This document shows, one piece after another, positions 20,191-32,622 of a stretch of DNA of 64,000 nucleotides. Numbering within the stretch: the first letter of the stretch is position 1; each line of letters starts with the position of its first letter. Under the pieces are notes generated by a model. That model was not told where the DNA came from. It was given only the letters and a program-made list of their open reading frames with translations, and ran no database searches. The DNA is from an uncultured Spirochaetota bacterium (GTDB lineage Bacteria > Spirochaetota > Brevinematia > Brevinematales > JAOACQ01): positions 64,001-128,000 of the forward strand of contig CAWIGG010000002.1 in the NCBI GenBank assembly GCA_963835575.1, read 5' to 3'. The translations under genes and the position numbers were made by a program.

Positions 20191-23079
20191 CTATTTGATT
20201 ACAACGGGGAAATCGGGAATTGTCTGCGGCTTTGTCGTGGAAGGGGTTTGCGCGCCTTTTGTCAATTCCTTTACCCTTTCTGAAATATAGAGGTCAATCA
20301 TATTAACGGTTATCTTTCCCTTTCCGGTATAATCCGCCTTACCGTTGACGGCCTCGATCAGGGCCTTGGTAAAAGCGCCGTTGCCCCAGGCGTCGGATTC
20401 GAGCGAGAACTGGTTCCCGGTCGAAGATGTGAAAACAACCGCGCCGTTTTCCACGGCGGCCAATTCGTTGACGATGCCGTTGATATCGACAAGGCCCTTG
20501 CGGGAGCCCATTACATTGCCGGAATGGCAGGCGTCGACAAAAAAGATCGTCTTGCCGGAGATGCTCGCGATGGTATTTTTGATGTCTGAAAAGGCGACGC
20601 CCGATCTTTTGAGCTTGTCCAGGTCGACATTAACGGGCAGGTAGTAGAAAAACCCGTTGGGGTCGTTGACGCCATGCCCGGAAAGGAAGACCATCGCCAC
20701 GTCCTTGCTGGTCGTTTCCTTCTGGATCCAGTCCAGTGCGTCCAGTATGTTGTCCTTTGTGGCATCCTCGTCCGTCACGACCTTTTCGACCACATCGCGG
20801 TACAGCCCACCTTTCTGCTTTAACATGGCATTCGCGAAATCTTTCGCGTCTTTTGCCGGGTATTTCAGCTGAATGTCTTTATTCTGATAGCGGCTGACGC
20901 CGATGGCCAGAATATAGAGCTTCGGTTTTATGATGAACTCGTCTTCCGTTTTTTTGCCTTTATAATTCACCTTGATGATGGCCGGCTCGCTCCAGCTGTT
21001 GTCATTTTTGGCGAGGACGGATATTTCGCTTTCTCCTTCAGGGACCGTGACGCTCACGGTTTTGGTGTCGCCTTCCCTTTTAACGGGCTTGATGGTCAGG
21101 CCTTTCATATTATTGACCACCGGACGGCCGTTGACAAGGGTTTTGATTTCCGATACGGTTGTGTTTTCCGGAGTCCTGACCGAGATTTCTAATTCAAACG
21201 TTGGATTGTCGATGGTCGTCCCGCTGTCGGGATTGAGTATTGTCACAACAGGCGGAAGGAGCTCTTTGACCTCGGTGGACGTTGTTCTTATATTCTTGTC
21301 CGCATTGGCCGCATCGAGGGCTTTTGCCTCAAAATCCGTATCATTAACATAATTCAGGACAAGAGGGATGATATCGGGCCGGTAGAATTTATTGGCAAAG
21401 CGGCTTGCGGAATAGAAATCGGCCGCCTTATCGATGCCGTTATTGATGTGCCAGCCGATGAGGTTATCGCCGCCCGTGGAACAGTCGTAATAGCCGGAAG
21501 GCGTCCACAGCACCCATTTTTTTGTGACGCTGTTAATGTAGAGCGTATAGAGCTCATGCCCGTCTTTCAGGCGGTACCAGTGGATCGTTCCGTCGCCGAG
21601 CGCGGCCGCGCAGACGTCTTTAGAGCGGGCGATATTGATGGACCATACCGTTGCCGGAACAGGCGTCTTCCATACCTGTGTTCCGCTGTTATCAACATAA
21701 TAAAGGTTCCAGTCCGCTCCGAAAAGGACATATTCGCCCGACGGATGAACCGCATAGCACCGTGAAAGCTCATAATCATCCAGGAATGTCAGCTTTTTTC
21801 CGTTCAGTTTGGGCTTTATGGTATTTTTCCAGTCGGTCACATCAACACCGTCCATACTGTCGATGGGTGAAAGGTAATCGGATTTTTCCGCGAGAAGCTT
21901 CCTGTCCGTGATTGTGAATGTATAGGTTGAGTCGCCGACGGGCGTAAAACTGATGCCGCCGCCGTCATCGCTCATTTTCAAATGCGTTGTATCGCTTGAA
22001 TTAAGGGAGAATGTTTCTCCCCTGTTATAGACGAGTTTTTTGCCGTTCGGGTCCATTCTGCCCCAATCCGGCGTATATCCGCTGTAAATGATCGTGTCGT
22101 CGGGAAGGCATTTCATGTCAAGGATCGTGTTATAAGCCGCGGAGAAATCCTCATAGCTTCCCTTTCCGCCGTTTGACCATTTGCGGATCTGGTACCACCA
22201 CTCGTTATCCACCTTCAGGACATATTTTCCGCCCGAATAGAGAATGCTTCCGTCCTGCGACCAGCAGACCTTGCTCAGGTTGTAATAGTCGGTGGCGCCC
22301 GAACAGTCCGGCTCATAAAGGACTGAAAGGTCGGAGGCGTCCAGCACCTGTATCCGGTTATAATCGCTGTACCCGACGCCGATTTTTTTACCGTCGGGCG
22401 AGAAGGCCACATTATATGCCTGTTTGCCGCCGGTCAGCTTTCCGGTCAGGACCGGCTTCGGCAGTTTATTCAAATCATAAAGGCGGATCTTTCCGTCATA
22501 GGAAACCGTGACAAAGAGCTTATTTTTATAAAAACTGCATTTATTGACATTGTCCTCGTATCCGTCCAGATGGATTTCCTTCCAGCCTGATGTCTCAAAG
22601 AGGGACACGCCCGCGTCTCTTCCCAGGCAGGCGGCAAGGTATTTACCGTCGGGGGAGAACCTGAGGTCGTTGATGGCGTTGCCGAGATCGGGAAGTTTCC
22701 GGATCATTTCTCCCGTTGAAGCGTTGAATAAATAGATGATATTTTTTTTGAACCAGTCATAACCCGTCCAGCCGCCTACCGCGATGATCTTTCCGTCGGG
22801 GGAAATCGCGCATGAATAAAGGAGGCCTTCGTTTTCCGTATCGATCGGCGGACGGTAGATGCGGATCAGGTCCCCGGTCCTGGCGTCCCAGAGCCTGGCT
22901 GTCTTGTCTTCGGAGGCCGTTACGACATATCTGCCTTTCGCGTCGGTATCCAGCCTTAATATCCTTGCCGTGTGCATCGTCGTATTGATGCGGAGCATCG
23001 GTTTGGACGTGATATCTTTAGCGTACGCGGCCAGACCTGCTGCCATGACAAGCGATATGATAATGAATTTTTTTAACAT
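20191..23079 (-). CDS. Secreted WD40-repeat protein with C-terminal caspase (peptidase C14) domain
   Basis: Signal peptide MLKKFII...AYA; TASEDKTARLWD and FSPDGK repeats; LAIGVSRY, FLSGHG and DACHSG catalytic His/Cys; start moved to ATG 23079. Confidence 0.9.
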   Translation of the reverse strand: MLKKFIIISLVMAAGLAAYAKDITSKPMLRINTTMHTARILRLDTDAKGRYVVTASEDKTARLWDARTGDLIRIYRPPIDTENEGLLYSCAISPDGKIIAVGGWTGYDWFKKNIIYLFNASTGEMIRKLPDLGNAINDLRFSPDGKYLAACLGRDAGVSLFETSGWKEIHLDGYEDNVNKCSFYKNKLFVTVSYDGKIRLYDLNKLPKPVLTGKLTGGKQAYNVAFSPDGKKIGVGYSDYNRIQVLDASDLSVLYEPDCSGATDYYNLSKVCWSQDGSILYSGGKYVLKVDNEWWYQIRKWSNGGKGSYEDFSAAYNTILDMKCLPDDTIIYSGYTPDWGRMDPNGKKLVYNRGETFSLNSSDTTHLKMSDDGGGISFTPVGDSTYTFTITDRKLLAEKSDYLSPIDSMDGVDVTDWKNTIKPKLNGKKLTFLDDYELSRCYAVHPSGEYVLFGADWNLYYVDNSGTQVWKTPVPATVWSINIARSKDVCAAALGDGTIHWYRLKDGHELYTLYINSVTKKWVLWTPSGYYDCSTGGDNLIGWHINNGIDKAADFYSASRFANKFYRPDIIPLVLNYVNDTDFEAKALDAANADKNIRTTSTEVKELLPPVVTILNPDSGTTIDNPTFELEISVRTPENTTVSEIKTLVNGRPVVNNMKGLTIKPVKREGDTKTVSVTVPEGESEISVLAKNDNSWSEPAIIKVNYKGKKTEDEFIIKPKLYILAIGVSRYQNKDIQLKYPAKDAKDFANAMLKQKGGLYRDVVEKVVTDEDATKDNILDALDWIQKETTSKDVAMVFLSGHGVNDPNGFFYYLPVNVDLDKLKRSGVAFSDIKNTIASISGKTIFFVDACHSGNVMGSRKGLVDINGIVNELAAVENGAVVFTSSTGNQFSLESDAWGNGAFTKALIEAVNGKADYTGKGKITVNMIDLYISERVKELTKGAQTPSTTKPQTIPDFPVVIK

Positions 23080-23173
23080 AATAATCCCCCTCTGCAGATT
23101 GAAATGTATTTCATTTATTTTAAGGCAAAGGTAAATATAGTCAAGGGTTTGAAAAAAGGGGCATTTATTATTT

Positions 23174-23569
23174 GACCACAAGTTCTGCAGGATTAATCAA
23201 GATTTGCAGGATTGGAGATTTTCCTTTTAGTTATCAAAAGATTAAGTTGGATCTAATAATCCGCTAATGCACGCGAATAAACGCGAATAAGGGATTTAAG
23301 AAATTTATAGTAATACTTGGTACTCTTTGAGTCTTTGTGGTAGGGGAAAAAGTATATTGAAACGCTAATTGACTCAGAGAGTAATTGAAATATCTGGCAA
23401 AGCAAATTTTATCTTAGCGTGTCTTAGCGTGGCTTCGCGGAAGATTCAGAAGCGGAACCAGGAAAATTTGATAAGTGTTTCTTGATGATATTCATGTCTG
23501 AGGTAAATTTAAAGATTTTACATTAAACTCTAAATTTCATTATCCTGAAAATCCTGATAAATTGGGGTC
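23174..23569. repeat. ~400-bp composite repeat, copy 2 (inverted relative to 13531-13933)
   Basis: Shares GTTATCAAAAGATT, AATCCGCTAATGCACGC, CTTTGAGTCTTTG, CTCAGAGAGTAAT and GCGGAAGATTCAGAAGCGGAAC with the reverse complement of copy 1; ends ATTGGGGTC. Confidence 0.8.
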
Positions 23570-23590
23570 GCTATAATAAGCCTTCAAGAA

Positions 23591-24325
23591 TTATTTTAAA
23601 TTATGTTTTTTTAAGAACTTACTGTCCTTCAGGATTTCCCGGGAACTCCCCTGACGGATGATCTTATGATCTTCGGAGAAAACGATAGTATTTTCAAATA
23701 CCCCTTCAATGTATTCGAACTCATGGGTGGCGCAGATGATGGTCTTGCCTGAATCGCGGATTTCTATGAGAAGTTCCTTCAGGAAGCGTTTGGTTTTAGG
23801 GTCAAGCCCGTCCATCGGCTCGTCAAGAGTGAGGACATCGGGGTTCAGGGAAAGGACCGAGGCGATGGCCACCTTTTTCTTCTCCCCTTCGCTGAGGTGG
23901 TAGGGTTCGCGGTGCTTGAGATGCCCGATCCCGAGCATTTCCAGGCAGTCATTGACCCGGCGCCGGACTTCAGCCTCGTCCAGGAGCATCTGCCTGGGGC
24001 CGAAGGCGATCTCCTCATAAACGTTAGGGCAGAAGAGCTGGGCGTCGGAATTCTGAAAAACAAGGCCGATCCGCTTGTGGAACTGTTTTGAAAAAACGCC
24101 TCCGCTTAATTTTTTGGGATCGATCCGCACTCCGTCAAATTGATAGGAGCCTGAATCGGGAAAAACGATGCCGTTAATGATCTTCAGCAATGTGGATTTG
24201 CCGCTCCCGTTGGGACCGATCAAAGCTGCGGAATCCCCTTCCGGTATTTCAAGATTGATCCCGGCCAGGGCTTTGTTTTCTTTATAAGTATAATTGACAT
24301 TCTGTAATTTTATCAGTTTTTTCAT
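23591..24325 (-). CDS. cbiO: ECF transporter ATPase (CbiO/NikO)
   Basis: GPNGSGKST, VFQNSDAQLF, EEIAFGP, LSEGEKKKVAIA, LDEP; clustered with CbiQ/CbiM. Confidence 0.88.
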   Translation of the reverse strand: MKKLIKLQNVNYTYKENKALAGINLEIPEGDSAALIGPNGSGKSTLLKIINGIVFPDSGSYQFDGVRIDPKKLSGGVFSKQFHKRIGLVFQNSDAQLFCPNVYEEIAFGPRQMLLDEAEVRRRVNDCLEMLGIGHLKHREPYHLSEGEKKKVAIASVLSLNPDVLTLDEPMDGLDPKTKRFLKELLIEIRDSGKTIICATHEFEYIEGVFENTIVFSEDHKIIRQGSSREILKDSKFLKKHNLK

Positions 24326-24345
24326 AAATATTTCCTGTAAGGCAG

Positions 24346-25137
24346 TTATTTAAAGAAAAAAAATGCTGAGATCAGGAGAATGTTTGCCGGTATATATATA
24401 TAATCCATTGTATTAAAATGATTTTTCCCATAAATAGTATAATGCCCGTCAAAACCCCGGCATTCCATGGCTGAATAGGTCAGTTCGGCCATTTCTTTCG
24501 ATTTCAGGAACAATCCCCCCATAAGGTTGGAAAGCGACTGGTATTTCCGGTTGTTCCTGCCTATGGACCGGAGCTTGAGGGCATAGAGCATATTTACGGA
24601 ATATTCTCCCAGAATGACAATATATTTGATGGTGATATCAAGAACAAGAATAAAAATATCAGGAATATGGAAAACCTTCATTGAGCGCGTGATATGGCTC
24701 CATTTTGTGGAATTGGCCAGAATATTAACGGCCGCGACAGACCCGGTGATCTTTAAGAAAAGCATCATGCTGTTATTTCTGTTCCCGGCCAGGACAGAGG
24801 GGAGTAAAATCAGGACAGAGAAAAAACCGACAGTCAGTGTTATGAGAGCCGTTTTCTTTATGTCTTTCAGCTCCAGAAAACCTAAAGTAAGAAGGAAATA
24901 AGCGCAAATGAGCATAATAAAGTTAAAGCTCTGAGATAATGAAAGGAGCAGCACCGATAAAAAAGTAAAGGCAGACTTCAAAGCCGGATTAAGGCGGTAA
25001 AAGAATCCCGAAGCGAGATTGCCCCCCCGTCTGATTCGCGAGAGAACGCTAAGGACCGACAGCAGGCTTTTATCTATAAAGCTGTCCTTATCGGCGGGCG
25101 GTAAATAGCTGTCCTTTTTCATCAGCCATTCTGTCAT
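24346..25137 (-). CDS. cbiQ: ECF transporter T component (CbiQ/NikQ)
   Basis: TM helices, ALKLRS and AMECRGF coupling motifs. Confidence 0.88.
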   Translation of the reverse strand: MTEWLMKKDSYLPPADKDSFIDKSLLSVLSVLSRIRRGGNLASGFFYRLNPALKSAFTFLSVLLLSLSQSFNFIMLICAYFLLTLGFLELKDIKKTALITLTVGFFSVLILLPSVLAGNRNNSMMLFLKITGSVAAVNILANSTKWSHITRSMKVFHIPDIFILVLDITIKYIVILGEYSVNMLYALKLRSIGRNNRKYQSLSNLMGGLFLKSKEMAELTYSAMECRGFDGHYTIYGKNHFNTMDYIYIPANILLISAFFFFK

Positions 25138-25405
25138 ATTGCCTCCAGGCAGTAAATAGAATAATAATTATACATTCTTAAGGCAAAAAGGCGCAAGAAT
25201 AGAGGTTGTCGGTTAAAAAATTATACCTGCCCTGAATAAGCAAAGCGTATTGATGGATGATCTCAGTAGTTATATTCTCCCAACCCGTTTTCATTTTCCT
25301 TCGCGTGACTTAGCGTGGCTTAGCGGAAGACCAACGGATAATCCGCTAATACACGCGAATAAGTGATTATTGTTTTTTACACCCTTCATGGTTATTCCTA
25401 GAACT

Positions 25406-25585
25406 TTATTATAGGGCAGTTCTAAAAACTCATATTTTTAGAACTGCTGACATTGTTTTGATTCATGCAACTGCTAAGTTTGCTTTGCAAACTCCACGCA
25501 GTAGCGTCATTTACATTAACCAAAAAGTTTTTATAACCGGGGCAGTTCCTAAAAACTTAAGGTTTTTGGAACTGCCCTATAATAA
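25406..25585. mobile_element. MITE with TTATTATAGGGCAGTTC terminal inverted repeats, between cbiM and cbiQ
   Basis: TTATTATAGGGCAGTTC ... GAACTGCCCTATAATAA; each end is itself a GCAGTTC...GAACTGC hairpin. Confidence 0.7.
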
Positions 25586-25612
25586 AAACCTATAGAATGA
25601 ATCAATTCAGGT

Positions 25613-26605
25613 TTATTTATTTTTGACAGGTTCTTTTTTGCGTAACAGAGACGAAAAGATCTTGAAAATAATCAGAAGGACCGCTATCCCGGCTACTGCG
25701 GAAATAATATATCCCGCAATATCATTTTTTATCACCGGCAGGTTATAATCCGGAAGCGGGGTTTTAAGCTCAAATCCTTTTGTCATACCCGGAGGAATAA
25801 ATCCGAAAAGTTTTCTCAATTCTCCCGAGGTCCATTCGCCCCATGCCGTTCCGGAGGCGATAAGCCCCAGCGGCGTAAGCACCGTCAGGACGGCTAAAAG
25901 GATGTAAAGAGGGCTGAAGCGCATTTTCTGATCGCTGTCGGCATGGATGATTTCAGGCGAGACCCTTTTAACATATGCCAGAACGCCGACTGTTATGAAC
26001 GCGTCAACCAGGCCGGCAACTAAAAGATGCGGTATCATCATCGCCGGGATGGAGACATTGAGCGGATAGGGACAGTAAAGCGGCAGACCGGCGGCGTCCT
26101 TGAAAAGCAGGGGCTGGATGCCGAACTCCACGGCGGCGAAAAACGCGGCAATGTTGATTGCGATGTAGCTTGCAACAAAAGCGCTGATGTATCCGGCCTT
26201 TTCGCTTTTCCAGAGCTTTTTTATCATATTGTAAATGAAATATCCCGCGAATGGAATGACAAAAGCCATATTGAAGCAGTTCGCGCCGAAAGCCAGGATG
26301 CCGCCGTCGCCGAACAGAAGGGCCTGGATCAGCAGGGCCGTCGATACGGCGATTGCCGCGGCGTACGGTCCCATCAATATGGCTATGAGCGTCGCGCCGA
26401 CGGCATGCCCGGTGGTGCCGCCGGGCAGGGGTATATTAAACATCATGATCAGAAAAGAAAAAGCGGCGGAAATCCCGAGAAGCGGGATTTTTTTTGCCGA
26501 GATTTCTTCCCTTACTTTTTTTACCGCGATGGCCCAGACCGGGACCATTATGGCCCCCATCACGGCGCAGGTTTGCGGGCTGAGATAATTGTCGGGGATA
26601 TGCAT
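25613..26605 (-). CDS. cbiM: Ni/Co ECF substrate component CbiM/NikM fused to a PDGLE/NikN-like domain
   Basis: MHIPDNYL N-terminus, GTTGHAVG, GDGGILAFGANCFNM, C-terminal AWGEW...PLPDY. Confidence 0.9.
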   Translation of the reverse strand: MHIPDNYLSPQTCAVMGAIMVPVWAIAVKKVREEISAKKIPLLGISAAFSFLIMMFNIPLPGGTTGHAVGATLIAILMGPYAAAIAVSTALLIQALLFGDGGILAFGANCFNMAFVIPFAGYFIYNMIKKLWKSEKAGYISAFVASYIAINIAAFFAAVEFGIQPLLFKDAAGLPLYCPYPLNVSIPAMMIPHLLVAGLVDAFITVGVLAYVKRVSPEIIHADSDQKMRFSPLYILLAVLTVLTPLGLIASGTAWGEWTSGELRKLFGFIPPGMTKGFELKTPLPDYNLPVIKNDIAGYIISAVAGIAVLLIIFKIFSSLLRKKEPVKNK

Positions 26606-26873
26606 AAAATTCGTTCCTGAATAAATTATATATTATAATTAAAAAATAAGTAATTATCAGGCTCGTCAGGAAACCGGGTAATCCGCTAATGCACGCGAAT
26701 AAAAGCTAATTCCTCATCCCGCCTCGAAAGGCTCGGCACCCTTCTCCAAATTTGGAGAGGGGACGGGGGTGAGGTATTGGCGTGAATTCGCGTGGCTTAG
26801 CGGAAGATTTGTTTTATACTGTTATTAATATAAAATTCATGGTATAATATTTTTCATTTTAAGAGGAAACACT

Positions 26874-27695
26874 ATGGATATTAACGAAAAATATAAGCGG
26901 TTAAAAGAAATCCTCCGCTCTTACAAAAAGGCGGCGGTCGCGTTTTCGGGCGGTGTGGACAGTACCTTTCTTGCGAAAGTTTGCCATGATGAGCTTGGCG
27001 AAAACTGCGCGGCGGTCACGCTTGTTTCATCCATGAACCCGAAAAGCGAAATGAAGGCGGCCGGAGAGATCGCGAAAAAAATCGGCGTCCGTCATTATAT
27101 TCTGAAAGATAGCCTTCTTGAGGAAGCCGTCAGTATGAATACGCCGGAGCGCTGTTACCATTGCAAGAAAATAGAATTTTCTAAGATAAAGAAAAAAGCT
27201 TCGGGGCTTGGGATAGATATAGTCCTGGACGGCTCCAACCAGGATGATCTTTCCGATTACAGGCCGGGCCTGCGGGCGCTCAGGGAAACCGGCATCAAAA
27301 GCCCCCTGCGGGAAGCGGGCCTGACGAAGGATGAGATACGCCTGCTTTCGAAAAAGCTCGGCCTGCCGACATGGAATAAGCCGGCTTTCGCGTGCCTCGC
27401 CTCACGTATCCCGTACGGCGAGAGGATCACCGGAGAAAAACTCGAGAGGGTCGAAAAGGCCGAGGATTTTCTCAGGAAGCTGGGCTTTATCCAGTTCCGC
27501 GTGAGGAGCCACCAGGACATGGCCAGGATTGAGATCAGTCCCGGGGAAAGGGTCAAAATGCTGGACATCAATCTGATGGACAGGGTATCAAAAAAACTGA
27601 AATCTTTCGGATTTGTCTATGTAGCCATGGAGCTTGAAGGCTACAGCATGGGGAGCCTGAACAGGGTTATTCAAAATAAGAGGAAAGCAAAATGA
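26874..27695 (+). CDS. larE: ATP-dependent sacrificial sulfur transferase LarE
   Basis: AFSGGVDS PP-loop, RCYHCK, DYRPG, ACLASRIPYG, RVRSH. Confidence 0.93.
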   Translation: MDINEKYKRLKEILRSYKKAAVAFSGGVDSTFLAKVCHDELGENCAAVTLVSSMNPKSEMKAAGEIAKKIGVRHYILKDSLLEEAVSMNTPERCYHCKKIEFSKIKKKASGLGIDIVLDGSNQDDLSDYRPGLRALRETGIKSPLREAGLTKDEIRLLSKKLGLPTWNKPAFACLASRIPYGERITGEKLERVEKAEDFLRKLGFIQFRVRSHQDMARIEISPGERVKMLDINLMDRVSKKLKSFGFVYVAMELEGYSMGSLNRVIQNKRKAK

Positions 27696-28456
27696 ACAAC
27701 AGGGAATTAAAAAAACTTCTTGCATCCATCAAAAGCGGCGATATGACTTTGGAAGACGCCATGCAGAAGATCAAACAGCTGACGTTTGTCGATCTTGAAT
27801 TCGCCAAGATCGATACGCATAGGGAAATCCGGACCGGGTTCCCCGAAGTCATTTTCTGCTCCGGCAAGACAATTCCCCAGATCAAAGCCATTGCCGCCAA
27901 AATGACGGAAAGAAAGATCAATATTCTGGCAAGCCGCGCGGGCGAGGATGTTTATGAAGCTCTGAAGCCGGATTTTAAAAACTGCGAGTATTATCCCGAA
28001 GCGCGGACCCTCTTTATCAAAAATACGGAACTTCATGCCGGTAAAAGCGTGATCCTGGTGGCATCCGGGGGAACGGCCGACATTCCCGTTGCGGAAGAGG
28101 CCGCTGTAACGGCGGAAAAGCTCGGGAACACCGTGGAAAGGCTGTATGATGTCGGCGTCGCGGGAATGCACCGCCTGCTTAATCATTCCGATAAGCTGGA
28201 AAAAGCGAGCGTGATCATAGCCGTGGCCGGGATGGAAGGCGCCCTGGCCAGCGTCATCGGCGGCCTGACCGATAAGCCTGTGATTGCCGTGCCGACGAGC
28301 ATAGGCTACGGCGCGAGCTTCGGCGGATTGGCCGCGCTCCTCTCGATGCTCAACAGCTGCGCGGGCGGCGTCGGCGTGGTGAATATCGATAACGGCTTCG
28401 GCGCGGCGTTCCTGGCCGCCAAGATCGTCCGGCAGATTGAAAAAGTCGGTAAATAA
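27692..28456 (+). CDS. larB: NPN cofactor biosynthesis protein LarB
   Basis: DTHREIRTGFPEVIF, GTADIPVAEEA, DVGVAG.HRL, AGMEGAL, PTSIGYG, VVNIDNGFGAA. Confidence 0.95.
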   Translation: MNNRELKKLLASIKSGDMTLEDAMQKIKQLTFVDLEFAKIDTHREIRTGFPEVIFCSGKTIPQIKAIAAKMTERKINILASRAGEDVYEALKPDFKNCEYYPEARTLFIKNTELHAGKSVILVASGGTADIPVAEEAAVTAEKLGNTVERLYDVGVAGMHRLLNHSDKLEKASVIIAVAGMEGALASVIGGLTDKPVIAVPTSIGYGASFGGLAALLSMLNSCAGGVGVVNIDNGFGAAFLAAKIVRQIEKVGK

Positions 28457-28714
28457 TCTGAATTTGGGAAAATCGGGGTAATCCGCTAATGCACGCGAAT
28501 GGAGGGGGTCTGTTTTTTAGAAAAAGCCGTAATTGTCGGGACAAAAAGATTACTTTATGTGCAGACAGATTGCTTCGCGCTAAAGTCAGCGGCGAAGGAC
28601 AGAGCATAGTGCTCGCAAAGACGCTTTTCTGCGTTTATTCGCGTGGCTTCGCGGAAGCCCAATCTATTATTGAAGCAAATTGGCGGCAGACCCGGGAAAA
28701 GATGAGGATGTTTT

Positions 28715-29890
28715 ATGATAAAAAAAATATTATTTTTTGACTGCTTTTCCGGCATCAGCGGGGATATGACTGTCGGCGCGCTTCTGGACCTCGGCGCGGA
28801 CCGGGAGCTTTTAACGAAAAGTCTGTCGGGCCTCCCCGTCGATGGGTACCGGATCGAGATAAAGGAAGGTACAAAAAAAGGCATCGGCGGGACTGATTTC
28901 AGCGTGATCATCGATAAGAATCACAAACAGCCGCACAGGCACCTTCATGATATCAATGACATCATCGAAAAGAGCGGTCTGGATGAGGAAGTAAAAACAA
29001 AAAGCAAAAATATTTTTTCTCTCATCGCCGGCGCGGAATCGAAAGTACACCGGGTTCCGGTTGAGGAAATACATTTTCATGAGATAGGCGCCGTCGATTC
29101 CATTGTGGATATTGTCGGTTCAGCCCTCTGCATCTCAAACCTGGGCGTGGATGAGGTATGGTCGTCGCCGTTGAACCTGGGAGGAGGGTCCGTCGAGTGC
29201 GGTCATGGCGTGCTTCCCGTGCCGGCCCCGGCTACGCTTGAAATACTGAAGGATGTCCCGGTCTATTCCAGCGGCATCAAAAGGGAATTGACGACGCCGA
29301 CAGGCGGCGCGGTCATCCGGGCGTTCTGCACAGAATTCATGGATTTCCCTTCCATGACAATTAAAAAAACAGGCTACGGCCTCGGCAAAGCCGACCTGGA
29401 TACGCCGAATGTCCTCAGGGCCGTGCTCGGGGAGGAGGCTTCTTTTAAAACTCTGGTCATGCTGGAAACCAGTATCGATAATATGAACCCGGAGATTTAT
29501 TCCTATCTCTTTCCGAAGCTTTTCGAGAAAGGCGCGCTGGATGTTTTTACCGCGCCTATCATGATGAAAAAAAACAGGCCGGCCCAAAAGCTCAGCGTTC
29601 TCTGCACGACTGAAAAGACGGAAGAGCTTGAAGGATTCCTTTTTAAAGAGACGCCGACGTTAGGAATCCGCAGGTATCCGGTGGCAAGGGACGAAATGGA
29701 GCGAAAACAGATCAAGATCGAAACTCCCTACGGCGAGGCGGTTGTCAAGGCCGCATACATGAACGGCGAGTTGATCAAGTTCGCGCCGGAATACGAGGAC
29801 TGCGCCAGAATTGCCGAAAGCTCCGGAAAGCCTATCCGGCAAATCTATCAGGAGATCATGGCGATCGCTTCCGGTAAATTGAAGGATTAA
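28715..29890 (+). CDS. larC: NPN cofactor nickel insertase LarC
   Basis: FDCFSGISGDM, HFHEIGAVDSIVD, PVPAPAT, TPTG, MKKNRP, PEYED. Confidence 0.95.
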   Translation: MIKKILFFDCFSGISGDMTVGALLDLGADRELLTKSLSGLPVDGYRIEIKEGTKKGIGGTDFSVIIDKNHKQPHRHLHDINDIIEKSGLDEEVKTKSKNIFSLIAGAESKVHRVPVEEIHFHEIGAVDSIVDIVGSALCISNLGVDEVWSSPLNLGGGSVECGHGVLPVPAPATLEILKDVPVYSSGIKRELTTPTGGAVIRAFCTEFMDFPSMTIKKTGYGLGKADLDTPNVLRAVLGEEASFKTLVMLETSIDNMNPEIYSYLFPKLFEKGALDVFTAPIMMKKNRPAQKLSVLCTTEKTEELEGFLFKETPTLGIRRYPVARDEMERKQIKIETPYGEAVVKAAYMNGELIKFAPEYEDCARIAESSGKPIRQIYQEIMAIASGKLKD

Positions 29891-30057
29891 TTTTTTCACA
29901 GGAAGTCGGGAAGAGCAAAATTGTTTTCTTAAATGAATCACATAGCTGTTAATTCAAAAGAGTAATTTGTTTTATTAATTATCCTTTTCATAAATCAATT
30001 ATTTGAAATTTATCCGGCTTCATGCCCGTCTTCCTGTAAATTTTATCTTATGTTTTC

Positions 30058-30162
30058 GCCGGACCGTCAAATGAAACCTTGACTTCCATTGACTCAGGCA
30101 ATTCATATCATTCGTTCTTTTTAAATTCCATTTATAGGTTTTTTTTATCCGACAGGCTGTCG
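30058..30162. repeat. 105-bp direct repeat, left copy
   Basis: GCCGGACCGTCAAATGAAACC...ATCCGACAGGCTGTCG; matches 34541-34645 with two mismatches by eye. Confidence 0.92.
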
Positions 30163-30363
30163 GGGGCTTTACGATATTTCTTTCTTTTCGAAAAGAAAGA
30201 AATATCGTGCTAAAGAAAGAAAACAGGTCGAGGCCATTTTCATACGAAGCGGCCGGATTGCACTGATATGTGTTATCCGGTTGCTTGATTAACGGTTCCT
30301 TTCTTTTTATAGCCGCCTTAATATCGCAGTCCATTGCTATATGCGGCGGTTGCGGCATCCTTG

Positions 30364-32388
<2,025 letters not shown>

Positions 32389-32622
32389 CCGCAAACATGT
32401 GTCTTCTCTCTTCTATTATTATAGCGGATGACACGACTATATATTGAGATATTTGGTGTTCAGATTATGGTTAATGGAAAATGGCCTCGGGTACGGGGGA
32501 ACGGGAAGCAACTGCCGGGAGACGATAATGGAGAAAATTAAAAATAAAAAATAAAATTGTATTTTTGCTTTTAAAGCCTGGCTTTATTAAAATGATTTAA
32601 ACTGAATTAATGGGATAAAATA

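Noticed and set aside
26606..26873. NikR operator or Ni/Co/cobalamin riboswitch upstream of cbiM
   Set aside because: No recognisable consensus; the region is AT-rich DNA plus repeat insertions
28489..28740. 83-aa ORF between larB and larC
   Set aside because: Reads through the two-arm repeat element; no RBS or protein motif
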